DNA from: Camelus dromedarius
Taxonomy: Eukaryota
Length of the DNA stretch: 64,000 nt
NCBI RefSeq assembly: GCF_036321535.1
Contig: NC_087437.1
Coordinates: 100,194,001 to 100,258,000, forward strand
Reading direction: 5' to 3'
The notes under the pieces were generated by a model. The model did no database searches. It was not told where the DNA came from and saw only the letters and a program-made list of their open reading frames with translations. Shown piece by piece: positions 1-12,029 of this stretch (position 1 is the stretch's first letter; the number at the start of each line of letters is the position of its first letter). Position numbers and translations under genes: made by a program.

Positions 1-65
1 GTGGGAGCACCTGAGAGTTTGCATTTCAGATAAGTTCTCGGATGGTGCCTCTCCTGTTGATCTAT
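1..65. mobile_element. MER5A-like hAT-Charlie MITE fragment (cut by window edge)
   Basis: CTGAGAGTTTGCATTTCAGATAAGTTCTC resembles the MER5A internal motif CTGAGAATTTGCATTTCTAACAAGTTCCC. Confidence 0.5.
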
Positions 66-1888
66 GGGCAGTGCAGGGAGTAGCAATGACCTCGGTCTGT
101 CTCCCCAGGGGTCTAGGGTTGTACACTGCAACCAAACCAGGCCAGTCCATCAACAGAGGAAGCTAAGGCAGGAGCGAGCAGAGGTGGGAAGAAAGGGAAT
201 GTCCATTTTGCTTCCACTTCAAGCCAGTTGTGCCTGGTGCCAGGTCCTCCTCACTCCAATCACACAGGCCTATAAATCCACTTTTTGTTTACATGAGACT
301 GAGTTGGATTTCTTCACTTGCAACCAAAAGTATACACAGAATATAAACTTCCTTTAGATATAATCTAACAGTGTCCAGGTCGTCCTGAACAAAGCTATTC
401 CTCATTTGCTACGTTTGCAACCAACTTACTTTAAAGAATTTTGAATTCTGACTCATGATTATAAGAAATAACTAGGAACAAGTAGATAATCGCCAAATTA
501 GTTGTTGCATGTTTTTAATTCACTTAGTTTTCTATTGGAGTAGTCATTGTTTAAGTGAAGCTAATATCGTATCTTTTAAGGCTTTCTTTGATCAATTGGG
601 TAAAAAAATAATACTCATTAGAGTTGTTCATTCTCACTCTAGCAGCATCCCGTGTTTTCGATAAGTGAATATACCTCTCGAATCAGGAAAAGGGGTACAA
701 TACAGCTCCAGTTTGTTGTGGGATACAGACATTTACTGCAGAGCTAAATCAGTATTCTAAATGACAAGCTGTTGACTCCTAAAATTTCACCAAGTTCATG
801 TATGTCTACCAGCTACACTTATCCACAAAAGTGCAAACTAATTGTTTTTAATTCACATTAAAGATCAGTTGAGATCACTTTGCATTTTTAAAACTGGGCT
901 TTTTGTTAACTGCATTGTGGATTAAATCAGTCCTCCTCTGTCCACATGGCATAAATTATTAATCATCCTTAAAGAATAGATGGGTGGCAATTATGAAGAC
1001 AAGATTAAATGAATACCTGGAATTCTTCCTAGTGTGAAATGACTCATTGTTCTGAGAGGTGTTAAAGTCACAGTTCTCAGAGACAAACACAATAGATATT
1101 CCCATGTTAAGTACAAACGTTAGAATAATCAACATATTCACAAAGCATGGTTGCTTTTGTTAAAGCAGTGTATTCTCAGTTCAAAACAAGTTTATGAAAA
1201 CCTGCATTTTGTGAGGCTAGGGTAAATCAAGGTAGCAAAACAGCCCTACCAGGTCAGCTCTGGTCACAATCTGTTTATGCTTCTTTTTCCGGGAGACCGT
1301 CTCTGTTCCCTTGGACCCAAATGAGGTTTCTCACATGGATTCTCATAGCATCTCCTACTTTCCATCATCCACAGAACCACCTCACACTTGTTCACTTTTC
1401 TGAATCCCTCCTCGCCTCTCCCCAATCCCTTCTACACAGTTAAGTGTTTAGCACAAAGTTACTGTTTTTAGTATTCGTTTACTTCATGGACAAGAAAGTT
1501 GGAAGATGCTACGTTACAAGCAATTTAATTCATAATGTAAGGGGCACCTCATGCTTGTGAGTTGCTTGCATAGTAATGATGCAATCTGATTTGAGAAAAT
1601 TTTATACTTTATCGAGCTTGTTCTTTTTTTTTTTAATGTAATAACAGGAAAAGATTTTGTTCGTCCTGTATAAAATAAAATTACCAATGCTGCTAAATCT
1701 GGCTAAAAAAATTACAGGTGTCCTGCTTACATTCAAAAAAATTCAAATCCAAAGTCATAATCAAGGATTTAATATTTAATAGTATCAGTGAGGTTAAAAA
1801 TCATGTTAAGTATCATTCAAACACTGTCCGATGGTATAGGAAGGAATTTGTTACAATCTTTTCTGCCACCAAATTATATCAACAGTTA

Positions 1889-1903
1889 CCACTAGAGGGT
1901 GCT
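1889..1903 (+). promoter_or_regulatory. Candidate CTCF core motif
   Basis: CCACTAGAGGGTGCT differs from the high-scoring core CCACTAGAGGGCGCT by one CpG-type C>T; lies in non-repeat sequence. Confidence 0.45.
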
Positions 1904-2505
1904 TCATCTCTTCTTATTTCCAGTGAACAGACTGCTGTATTGAAGGTTCATGTGGCTATACCCATAAGCTGGTATCTCCACTCTTCATTGCATGTACGAG
2001 TTAATTTATTCCCCATTTTTATATTAGCCCCTATATACTTGATCTCTATATGCCAATAATTTAATTCATGTGAAGACTAGCCAATTTACTCTCAAATGAT
2101 CACTTCCCTAGATGAAAGTTAATTATACATGTAATTTTTTTTCCATTTTCATAGCTCCAGTGACATAACAAGAAAAAAAAATTCAATATCTAAAGTAATA
2201 AACTTTTCCACTCCAAAAATAGGTTAAAATTATGTATCTGCCTAAATAAATTAAAAGGAAAAAGCGTTATCAACTATCTGTAACTTAATGATGAGCTTTA
2301 AAACTTTGACAGTGCCTGGCACATTTAGTCTCTCAGTAACTTTTTCATCATAGGCCAAAGAAAAAATACCCAAAGTTCACTTATTGAGTAGTTAGGTTTA
2401 ACAACTTAGGAAATACTTAAGTTTCCAACAACTTAATGGCTGTTTGAAAGTGTACACACATAAACAAATATAAAAAAGTATTTTATTTTATGATTTCACA
2501 CATAC

Positions 2506-3070
2506 TCTATTAGTCATCTATTGCTGCCCAACAAGTTACCCCAACTGTTGTTTAGTAGCTTAAACAACAGTTATTTATTATCTAATCATTTCCACGGGTC
2601 AGGGATCCAGGAGAGGCTTGGCTAGATGGCGGTGGCCCAAGATGTCTCCTGAGTTTTCAATCAGGATGTCAGCTGGGGCTGCAGCCACGTGGAGGCTTGA
2701 CTGGGGCTGGAGGATTAATTTCCAAGATGGCTCATTCACATGGCAATTGGCAGGAGGGCTCAGCTCCTGATCGGCTGTTGGAAAACAGGCTCAGTTCCTC
2801 ACCACACGGGCACCCCCACAGGGCTGCTCGAGTGTCTTCACACATGGCAACTGACTTCCCCAAGAGTGAGCCATCTGAGGGAACAAGCAAGGAGGAGGTT
2901 GCAATGCCTTTTATGACACAGACTTGGAAACCATATACCGTTACTTCTGCTGTATTCTTCTTAGAAGCTGGCTGCTCAGTCCAGCCCATACTCAAAAGGA
3001 GAGGTGTTAGTCTCCATCTCTTAAAAGAAAGGATATCAAATAATTTTGGACACATTTTTAAACCACTACG
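2506..3070 (-). mobile_element. MaLR solo LTR (MLT1F/H-like)
   Basis: Starts T(C)TATTAGTCATCTATTGCTG...GCTTAAACAACA, contains GGCTTGACTGGGGCTGGAGGA...TCCAAGATGGCTCATTCACATGGC, ends TTTTAAAACCACTAC; antisense MLT1 pattern. Confidence 0.8.
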
Positions 3071-3103
3071 CTAACCAGTGAGGTACATGCACCTGTTGGA
3101 CAT

Positions 3104-3607
3104 CGTAATGGTCAATTTTATGTGTCATCTGGGCTAAGGGATGCCCAGAGAGCTGGCACAATTTTTTCTGGGTGTGTCTGTGAGAGTGTTTCTGGAAAAG
3201 ATAAGCATTTGAATAGGTAGACTGAGTAAAGAAGATCAGCTTCTCCAAGGCAGGTGGCATCCAATCTGTTGAGGGACTTAATGGAACAAAAAGGTGGCCA
3301 AAGGGCAAATTTGCCCTCTTCCTGAGCTAGGACATCCCTCTTCTCCTGCCTTCAGACGTCAGTGCTCCTAGTTCTTGGACCTTCTCACTCAGACTGGGAC
3401 TTACACCATTAACTCTCTGGTTCACAAGCCTTGGAGGCTGGATTGGAACTGCACCACTGGCTTTCCTGGGCCTCCCCCTTAAAGACAGGCAAACCATGGG
3501 ACTTCTCAGCTTCACAGTCATGTGAGCCAATCCCTCATAATAAATCAATAGGTACATATAGACATATATCCTCAGTTCTGTTTCTCTGGGGAACCTTGAC
3601 TAATACG
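3104..3607 (+). mobile_element. ERVL solo LTR (MLT2C/D-like)
   Basis: 5' ATGGTCAATTTTATGTGTCA; internal CTGGGTGTGTCTGTGAGAGTGTTTCTGGA and GACTGAGTAAAGAAGAT; 3' TTCTGTTTCTCTGGGGAACCTTGACTAATAC. Confidence 0.85.
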
Positions 3608-5109
3608 AGCACTATACACTCAAACTTCAGAATCAGATTAGAACCCATCACCGTCATTTCTTGTTCCACTTCATTACCACACGCTATCTTCTTTTTATCA
3701 AAGCAACCACTGAAAACCCATCCTTACAAAGAGATGTCTTCTACAAAAGCAGTGTACCGTTGAAAGTAAGCTACCTTGAGCTAGTCGGTCAGATAGCGAC
3801 CAACAGATGTTGCTGTGTTTCCCTCGAAACGTTTAAATATCTCATCTAGCCCCAGTGAGTTCAATGTAGCCCCTGTGGACTCAGTGCACAATTTGGGAAC
3901 CATAGCTTAATGACCTCTTACTCAGAGATGAAATCAAGGTTAAACATAAAAAGCTTTCTAGAAATGTCAACAGTTTCCCTATTGTTCATCCTCCAGGGAA
4001 ATTATAAAAGAAAAATGAGGAGGCTGTTGCCATTCAAGGTATTGAAATAAAATGGAAGTTTCATCTTGTAAATGTTTGTGGAATGTAAAAATATTCTAAG
4101 GGCAGAATATTTTTCATCTGCCCATTTTAGCCAAACATCAGCTGGATATGAAGTAAAAGTGATCCACAAATGAAAAAAAAAATTTTTTTTAAAGTTCAGT
4201 TTGAAAAAAAAAATCAGTATCTAAGAAATGATCCCTTCCTTTTTATTTAAAAAAATAAATCTATTCTCCTTTCCTAATATAAAATGGTATTTCAGTGCTG
4301 ACCTGGCATCTCTGCCAAATGATGACACAGTACATCTATTTCCTCACTCATAGGAAGTTAGTCTTCACTTTTAAAAAAGCTCAGGTAATAAAAGGTCTTC
4401 CTGTTAACTGCAGCAGACAGAAAAACAAAACAAATTTTTTTCTTTTTATACTTTCCTGAAACTCCACTAAAGTAACAAAAATTACTTTTTTTAAAGGGAT
4501 AATCCCACAAAAACAGAAAGAACCGGAGACGTAGTGATAGCAGATGATTCTTGTCCACTAAATAGTGGAAGCTGGAAAGCTGATAACCTCATGGTAAATG
4601 ACTTAGGTTTCTGCTTTCTCTGCTCTGCTAAGTACCTGAAGAAGAAAACAGCCAACACAAAGCAAGCTGAGTCCTGCCACAGAAATCCAGAACATTTCCA
4701 ACACTGGAGGAGCCAGGGGCTTCTGAAGGTGTTGGGTTAGCAAGTAGGGCTTAAAACAGTAGCTTTTGTGAAAAGTCTGAGTAAAGCGTGAACAGGCATT
4801 TTCGTTCCCTCCCTCTGTCCAGGCAGGCACGTGGCTACATAACACAGAAGACAGTAGATCACTACTGAGACGTTCAATGAGTGTACATCCTGAAGTGAGG
4901 TCTCTGGTCCCCTTCCCACTAGGCACTCAGAAAGCTGACTGTCTGGCTGACACTACACCATGCAAGAGAGTGCAGAAGTCCTCAGGGGAAACTGTTTAGC
5001 CCCATAAGTATGGACATCCAGGAGCCCCCCAACAGACAGCCAGCTCCATGCTCCACGAGACCTGACTCTTGATACACTAGACATGAAAGTAGAGCTTCCA
5101 ATCAACATT

Positions 5110-5690
5110 TGTGTCTTTAATCTACTTTGAAATAACATACATTAAAATTTCCAGATCAGATCAAAGACCTCCTGTGTTTCTTTTATGCAGACTTCCCAAA
5201 TGTTAACATTTTACTGAATATTCATGATTGCCAGCTCTCTCTCTGTCTCTCTCCAAATGTGTGTGTGCGTGTGTGTGTGTGCGCGCGCGTGCATGTAGGA
5301 GGAGGTAATATACCCATTATCATTCACCTTTTAAAAGAAAGCTTCAGACATGATGTCTCATCACCCCTAAATAATCTAGTGTATGTTTCCCAAAAACAAG
5401 GACACTCACCCATCCAAATTTCACCAACTGTCCAAAACTCTCTTTCTTCTTTCTGGCTCAGGGTTACGCCAAGGAATATGTATTGACTTTAGTTCTTATG
5501 TCTCTTTGGAGCCTTTCAACGCAAAACACTACTTCTCAGTCTCTGCTGTCCTTACCAGTTTTTAAAGAATGTAAGTGTCACATTCCATAGGGTGACACTC
5601 ACGGTGTGTCTCAGGACCAGGTCATGTATCATTGACAGGAATATCGTGAAAATCAGGATGTGATTTCTCAGTGAATCTCATCAGGGTTTT
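5110..5690 (-). mobile_element. Ancient L1 (L1MC-like) 3' UTR fragment
   Basis: TTCCCAAATGTTAACATTTTAC and CAGACATGATG...ACCCCTAAATA...GTGTATGTTTCCCAAAAACAAGGACA motifs. Confidence 0.5.
5235..5292. repeat. Compound (CT)n/(GT)n/(GC)n microsatellite
   Basis: Directly visible ctctctctctgtctctctc...gtgtgtgtgtgcgcgcgcgtgc. Confidence 0.9.
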
Positions 5691-5809
5691 CAAACTCAGC
5701 AAAGAAAAGACAAAAACAAAAGCAAGTATTAAGCCCGAGAAATTTCTAAAAGTTAAGAGAAGGACAATGAAGGTAGAGTAAAGAACCGGGAAGAATCAGA
5801 GACTTTACC

Positions 5810-6260
5810 CTACTCACAAGCCAGTATATGAGCCTGCCAGCTTCACGGATGCCAGCAATAGATGCGAGACTCTTGGATCAGAGGCAGAGGATCTGATTAC
5901 TCACAGAATAGCTGCCTGGCCACTCTGGCCCCCTTGCCCTTCAGTTTCCCCGGTGGTGACAAAGAGTGGCCGGGGGGATGCTGCACAGACAGAGGGTTTG
6001 TATCACAGCTGAGAAACGCTGAGTTTGGGGGACCCTAGTCTTTTATAATGGACTGAAAGCAAACACGGTTGAAAGACATTATCATACTGGACAGTAATCA
6101 AGCTTGCCCTCTGCCCTGGAGGGAGACACTACTGCTGTCTTCCAAGGCTGTTCACTACATGTACATCCTTGAAATGGTGATCAGGAACACAAGTTGTCAG
6201 TGCCTCTGCTCATAAGATGCACAGAAATGCACAAGACCCCTGGAGAAAAAGCCCATAGCC
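5810..6260 (-). mobile_element. Old ERV LTR-like element, family uncertain
   Basis: GAGACTCTTGGATCAGAGGCAGAGGA..TTACTCACAG and TCTTTTATAA (antisense TATA) arranged like an antisense LTR. Confidence 0.4.
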
Positions 6261-6399
6261 AACCGCCTCTGAAAACAGCTACACAGTCATAATGGAGGTA
6301 ATGCTGGATGTTGACTTAACCCAGAACTGTGGCTTAAATATACCAGGAATGGGGAGGAATGGAAGAGTGTGTTCAAGAAGGTAGAATGACATAAAAGCT

Positions 6400-6668
6400 A
6401 GGAAATTCTAATGTTCTACAGTAAAAAAAAAATAATAATAATTAGATAACATCTAAAATAGAAAACCAAGAAAGAAAAGTAAAAGTGTGTTTTTTTAAAA
6501 GGAGAAATAACCAAAATGTAGAATGTGGTATTGCCTCCAAGGTGCAGTTTTCATGAGATGGGAAAGTTGGAGCAGGTAACGACTGTTTTTTCCATCAAAA
6601 TAAGCTATTTGACAATTTGAACTATGCACATGATTATTTTCATAAAAATTAAAACACAATTTAAAAAG
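6400..6668 (+). mobile_element. HAL1/L1ME-like 3' end relic
   Basis: CTATTTGAC...AACTATGCACATGATTATTTTCATAAAAATTAAAA resembles the HAL1 3' terminus. Confidence 0.4.
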
Positions 6669-7599
6669 ATAGATTCTGGGCCACAGTAGTTTTACTATAA
6701 TCATTAGATTATGGCTTGAGGAAATTGAATCTGCCCCCAAATATCTCTAAGGACCTAATAGGAATACTGGCACCTTATTTTTTTTTGAGAAGTGGCTTCT
6801 AAGGGTACAAAGCCAGGCCCCTTATCTTAACCAGATATTCACTGCAGGTCTACAGGACACGGCCCAGCCCTGGTAGGGATGACTGGGTTTCCACTCCAGC
6901 ACTCTCTCGGCTCAGTGGACTACGCGCCCTCTTCAAAGGATATAGGGAGAGAGAAAACGACCTCATTGCTGGTGTGGTGTCTGCAATAATCTCTCTTAGC
7001 TGCTCTGGGCTGTATTCACAACAAAGAAAACTTGACTTTGTGCAGCCCTCCAGGCAATTAACTCTCAGGAGTCTCTTCATCTGCGCCAAGCCCCAGTGGA
7101 CAGGAGCAGGCGGGGGTGGGGAGAAGGTAGTAGTTCAGAAAGGAAGCTAATATGTTGGAATTTTATAAAGAGTCAGTGTTGTTGGCTCAATTGTTTCTTC
7201 CACATATAGATCATTGTACTAAAAAATTCAAAACTTATGGAAGTGTATAAAGTAGAAAGCTCCCAGGCCTATGAATAGGAAGGAATGAATCAAGAAGATG
7301 ACAGAGAATGCAAGGAAAGGGCTGGCTGGAGTCCACTAGATGATATAAATAGAGACCCCAGGATGACAGCTGTGCACAGGCACAGATGACAATCAGCGCC
7401 AACCCCTGTTGATCCAAAGGCTCTACAAGAAATTTCCTCAGGTACAATGTAATGTCTAGAATACTCAGATAATTAGCAAATACAGTGTTGAACGGTTTCC
7501 AAATTGGGGCATGCTGACAGTGAGAGTGAACATTGTATATTACACCACATCCACACACACCAACCTAGTGGTATAGACAAAAGAAAGAAAAGGTAATTG

Positions 7600-7702
7600 G
7601 TGCTCACTTGGGCAGCACATATACTAAACTGGAACGATACAAAGATTAGCATGGTCCCTGCACAAGATGACATGCAAATTCATGAAGCCATCTACATTTT
7701 TT
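7600..7702 (+). pseudogene. RNU6: U6 snRNA retropseudogene, full length, 5' part of a U6/L1 chimera
   Basis: GTGCTCACTTGGGCAGCACATATACTAAA-CTGGAACGATACA---AAGATTAGCATGGTCCCTGCACAAG-ATGACATGCAAATTCATGAAGC..ATTTTTT aligns end to end with U6; the ACAGAGA box is disrupted and several CpGs have decayed. Confidence 0.96.
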
Positions 7703-7804
7703 AAACGAATATGTATGTGTGTATATGTATGACTGAAACATTTTGCTGTACACCAGAAATTGACACACTGGAAACTGACTATACTTCAATTAAAAAAAAG
7801 AAAG
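7703..7804 (+). mobile_element. L1 extreme 3' end fused to U6
   Basis: TATGACTGAAACATTTTGCTGTACACCAGAAATTGACAC...ACTGACTATACTTCAATTAAAAAAA matches the L1 3' ends at 46630-46715 and 33530-33590. Confidence 0.9.
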
Positions 7805-8039
7805 AAAGAAAGAAAAGGTAATCATAATTTACTACCTGGTAAACCTGTGAATATTTTTATAGTAATTTAAACACTGAACACTGAATACTAATCCAGACAA
7901 AATTCCAGTATAGCTGTGTGGAAAGATGAGTTCATGGAAAGGACACACAGGTACGGTGGGAACTGGGGGAAGAAGAACTAAATCCTCGTCTTCCACCGTA
8001 AGAAACTGACAGATGATGCATACAACGGATAAATCAAGA

Positions 8040-8236
8040 AGTAGGCAGAAAAGCACATTACATGCCATTTACAGCTAAAAATGTAAATACAAAATTTAGC
8101 GGTTAAAATGGGTGAATATAGTTTCTTCTTGGGGGAAGACAAAGGGCAAAGAAGAAACAGCGGATTGCTGGCTTTCACAACTATTCAACTCTTTATGCTC
8201 TACACATTTATATTTTTGATATAAAAAGTTAAAAAG
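8040..8236 (+). mobile_element. HAL1/L1ME-like 3' end relic
   Basis: AACTATTCAACTCTTTA..CTACACATTTATATTTTTGATATAAAAAG, similar to the terminus at 6600-6660. Confidence 0.35.
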
Positions 8237-9000
8237 AGAGAGAGAAGAGGAGAGGAGAGATGGAAGAGAGGAAGGAAAGAAGAGAGTAATGTATTTACTT
8301 TTCATCTGGTAAAACTAAACATATTAATAGAAATGTCAAGTCCAAATTACATTTGGCGGGATTTTCCAAGGCATATTTATTTTGTTTTGGTGGGTTGCAG
8401 GTAAAGGAGTGGGCAAAGTCTATACAAGAAATAATACTCCTTCATGTTTACAGGAATAGAGAAATTAGAGCAAACTAAGCCAGTGCTGGAGTGTAATTTT
8501 TGAGATATTTAACCACTCTGAACCTCAGTCTCTTCATCTGTAAAATAAAGGTAAGGCCTTCTTTACGTATGCCCTACCACAGTTAAGTACATGACCTAAG
8601 GAGGACACAACAAATACTGGAGCTACCTTTCCTCTAATGTCTAGGGGCACGAGGGAGGAGAGTGCAGGGGACCTGCCTACTTTTCCTTTTACGTGAAACC
8701 AGGTTCCATGCTTCCTATCCTTATTTGGGATACAAGAAGCAAGTGAAGAAATTAGCCTATTGAAGACCACCTTTCCATTCACATTAGAGGATTTGAAAAA
8801 TCAGTCCAATCCTCGTGTTCTGCTTTTTCAAGTTTGAATCTGGACTTTATTAAATCATTGGCAGAGAATTTTTCTAGTGACATTGTCAAATCAAAGGCTA
8901 GCCAGGGCCAGCTGGATTGCCCTGTTGGGGAATGGTCTCTTAACAGAGACTGCATGATAATGATAACTCATTGGTGTCCCTTTTCAGGAAAGCAGGAAAG

Positions 9001-9475
9001 AACATAACACCATTTGCAGCAACATGGATGTTCCTGGAGAATGTCATTCTAAGTGAAGTAAGCCAGAAAAAGAAAGAAAAATACCATATGAGATCACTCA
9101 TATGCGGAATCTAACAAAAGAAAAAAAGAAGAACATAAATACAAGACAGAAACAGACTCATAGACATAGAATACAAACTTGTGGTTGCCAAGGGGGCGGG
9201 AGGTGGGAAGGGACAGACTGAGAGTTCAAAATTTGTAGATACTGACAGGTATATATAGAATAGATAAACAAGATTATACTGTATAGCACAGGGAAATATA
9301 TACAAGATCTTGTGGTGGCTCACAGCAAAAAAAAATGTGACAATGAATATACATATGTTCATAAATGAAAAATTGTGCTCTATACTGGAATTTGACACAA
9401 CATTGTAAAATGACTATAACTCAGAAAAAAGAAAGAAAGAAAGAGAGAAAGGAAGAAAGGAAGAAAGGAAGAAAA
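9001..9475 (+). mobile_element. Young camelid-type L1 3' end with (GAAA)n tail
   Basis: CCATTTGCAGCAACATGGATGTTCCTGGAGAATGTCATTCTAAGTGAAGTAAGCCAG...GACTATAACTCA; highly similar to the copy at 36131-36541. Confidence 0.92.
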
Positions 9476-9488
9476 GTAAGCCAGTTGT

Positions 9489-9632
9489 GGGGGAAGGGTA
9501 TAGCTCAAGTGGTAAAGCACATGCTTAGCACCCAAGAGGTCCCAGGTTCAATGCCCCGTACCTCCTTCAAGCAGAAATCAATGAAGAAACCGAATCACCT
9601 CCCCGTCAGGAACCAGACAATGCAAGCAAGAC
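9489..9632 (+). mobile_element. tRNA-derived SINE (Vic-1-like), unusually diverged
   Basis: GGGTATAGCTCAAGTGGTA (A box)...GGTTCAATGCCCCGTACCTCC (B box); tail heavily mutated relative to the other four copies. Confidence 0.85.
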
Positions 9633-9644
9633 TTGAGCTTTGGT

Positions 9645-9840
9645 TTCTTCCACAAATGCTTTTGGAATCAATGTCTTTGTCTTGACTCTATGCCGAGGAG
9701 TGGAACGCATGGGCCTGAGGGGGGTTCAATGATGAGGTTTTGGAGAAACCTCCATACCGTTTTGCATAGTGGCTGCATCAATTTGCTCTCCCACCCACAC
9801 TGTACAACGGTTCCCTTTTATCCACATGCTTGGCAGCATA

Positions 9841-9871
<31 letters not shown>

Positions 9872-10110
9872 TCCTTGGGAGAATGGCCATTCTTATAGCT
9901 GGGAGATGGTATCTCATGGTGATTTGGATTTGCACTTCCCTGATGGGAGCGATGTGGAGCGATTTTTCGTGTTCCTGTGGGCCATCTGCATTTCCCCTTT
10001 TGGAGGGAGGTCTGTTCATTTCCTCTGCCCCCTTTTCAAAATGGGGAGTTTGTTGGTTTGCTCTTGAATTGAAAGACATTGGATTGAAAATGTTGTGTCA
10101 CCTTCCGGTG
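9645..10110 (-). mobile_element. L1 ORF2 C-terminal region, inverted arm of a 5'-inverted L1
   Basis: Minus ORF 9726..10079 has APIREVQIQITMRYHLPAIRMAI, matching L1 ORF2 [21 protein letters not shown]. Confidence 0.85.
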
Positions 10111-10520
10111 CAGAGCATGAATGTTTTTAGAGGGCATTATGGTAAGTGAAAGAAGTCAGGCAGACAAAGACAAGTCCTCTAAGATACCACTTCCATGTGG
10201 AATCTAAAAAAGGCAACCACTGCGTGACTATCCCGGAAAGGAAACAGACTCCCAGATGTAGAGAAGGAACTAATGGTTACCGGTGGGGAGAGGGAAGGGG
10301 GAGGGGCAGGGTGAAGGTGGGGGATGGGGAGGTACAAACTGTGAGGTATACAGTCAGCTCCAAGGATATATATTGTATACCATGATAGATCCAATGGCAA
10401 TAGATCCAACAGTTGATAATATCAATCAATGGAATATCACCTTTAAACATTGGGAATCACACTATGGTACAAGTGTAGGATGTCATGTCTTACATGAAAC
10501 TCTACCTCAATTGGAAACAT
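10110..10520 (+). mobile_element. L1 3' end, forward arm of a 5'-inverted L1, highly diverged
   Basis: TAGAGGGCATTATGGTAAGTGAAAGAAGTCAG...ATGTGGAATCTAAAAAA...AATGGTTACC...CTCTACCTCAATT. Confidence 0.8.
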
Positions 10521-11799
10521 ATGATTCTGTAAAAGAAACATGTCAATACATCAATTCAAAACAGAAAAAAAAAAAAAGCCATAAACTACATAAGAGACCT
10601 GCAAAGGAACAGGGTGGGGGCTTGGGGATTAAAATTTTTTTTCATAAATTAGCAGATGATGATAATCAGGAATTCTTCATCTTTTCTCTTTGGGTAACAT
10701 CTGTAGTGGGATCTTGTATTTGTGTAGAATAGAATACACAAAGATCTTAGGACCTAGAAAAATGTTTGCAATCCTTAAAAGACATAACCCCAATTCACAG
10801 ACATAGCAACTGTTCAAAGAAGTCAAGAGCTTTACACGACAGTACAGTTATTGTAAAAATGGATTCCATTTCCATCACTGCACTTTCCTCTTTAGTTTGC
10901 ATACATAAGTGTGTATTAAAACTGTACCTTTGTGTGCTGTAGATTCATGTCACTGCATCGTTTTGCTATTTAGGAGCTAACTAACAGATTTTACAATTAC
11001 TTTAAGGAACTCTCACAAAAGTCATGCTTTCTATCTAGATGAGACAGTTCAAGGGTTGAATGTAAAAGGGAGGCTAGGTGTTTTGAGAAAATAAGAAAAC
11101 CATCTGGCACCTTGTTATTAACTCTAGAAACAGAAACGAGACTGTTGCTTGCCTCCATTGTATTGTTCACAGGTTCTTCTCTGAATGCAGAAATGTCAAA
11201 GATGTTTTGAAAAAACCCAGAAAGTTGATATGCAACCTACATGTGAAATTCTTTCTCCCTACATTGAAGCCTGAGGATCTATAGCCCTGCTACTTAAGAA
11301 ACACACATGCTGTGTCCAAAGGAAGGAAAATATAACAGCAGACATCTGAATCAATCGTCCATCTAGTTTTCCAGCTTGTCATGGCTCCTTAGACACCATT
11401 TGAGGAATTCTCACAAATGGAACTGATTTACCATAAAATGTGCCTATTTTCCATTAAATCTTGCCCGTTGCTTCACTGAGGCACTGAAGTTACCAACGTT
11501 TCATCTGTTGACCCTGCAGGGCCACCTCTTGGTCTTGTTATTTCAGAAAATGAACCACAGAGAGGCCTTGGAGGAAGAGGTTTTATGCGCATCGGTTATT
11601 TTGCACATTGCTTAAACTAGAGCTGTTAGCAGTTCCTGTAAGAGAGTAGCTGTAGTCAGACCCTTGGGGGAAACAGAGGGAAGTGGAACTTAGCCTGTCA
11701 AATGCTTGACAGAAGCATGTCAGCTGAGACAAGCATAGGGCAGGACAGAAGAAATCTGTTTTTAGAGCCCTAGTGAAATGGGTGAAGGCATCAGAGCCC

Positions 11800-12004
11800 T
11801 GTAAGTTCCAATTAAAATTCCAGAGCTGCTGCGTACCCATTGTATGATCTTCATGCAGTGACTTAACCTTCAAAATTCACTTTCTTCATATATAAAATGA
11901 GTATAATATGAGTAGCTCAAGGAGTCATTATGGGAGTTAAAATAACACATATAAGGTGCTCCTCCCAGATGTGCTCATCAGTGTGTACACAATAAATGTC
12001 AGCA
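11800..12004 (+). mobile_element. MIR SINE
   Basis: Core GTGACTTAACCT...TTTCTTCATATATAAAATGAG and 3' CAATAAATGTCAGC. Confidence 0.6.
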
Positions 12005-12029
12005 ACCTTAATGATTACGATGCTGACAG

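Noticed and set aside
7600..7702. Functional U6 gene
   Set aside because: ACAGAGA box deleted, several substitutions, fused to L1 with a TSD, and no recognisable PSE/TATA arrangement upstream.
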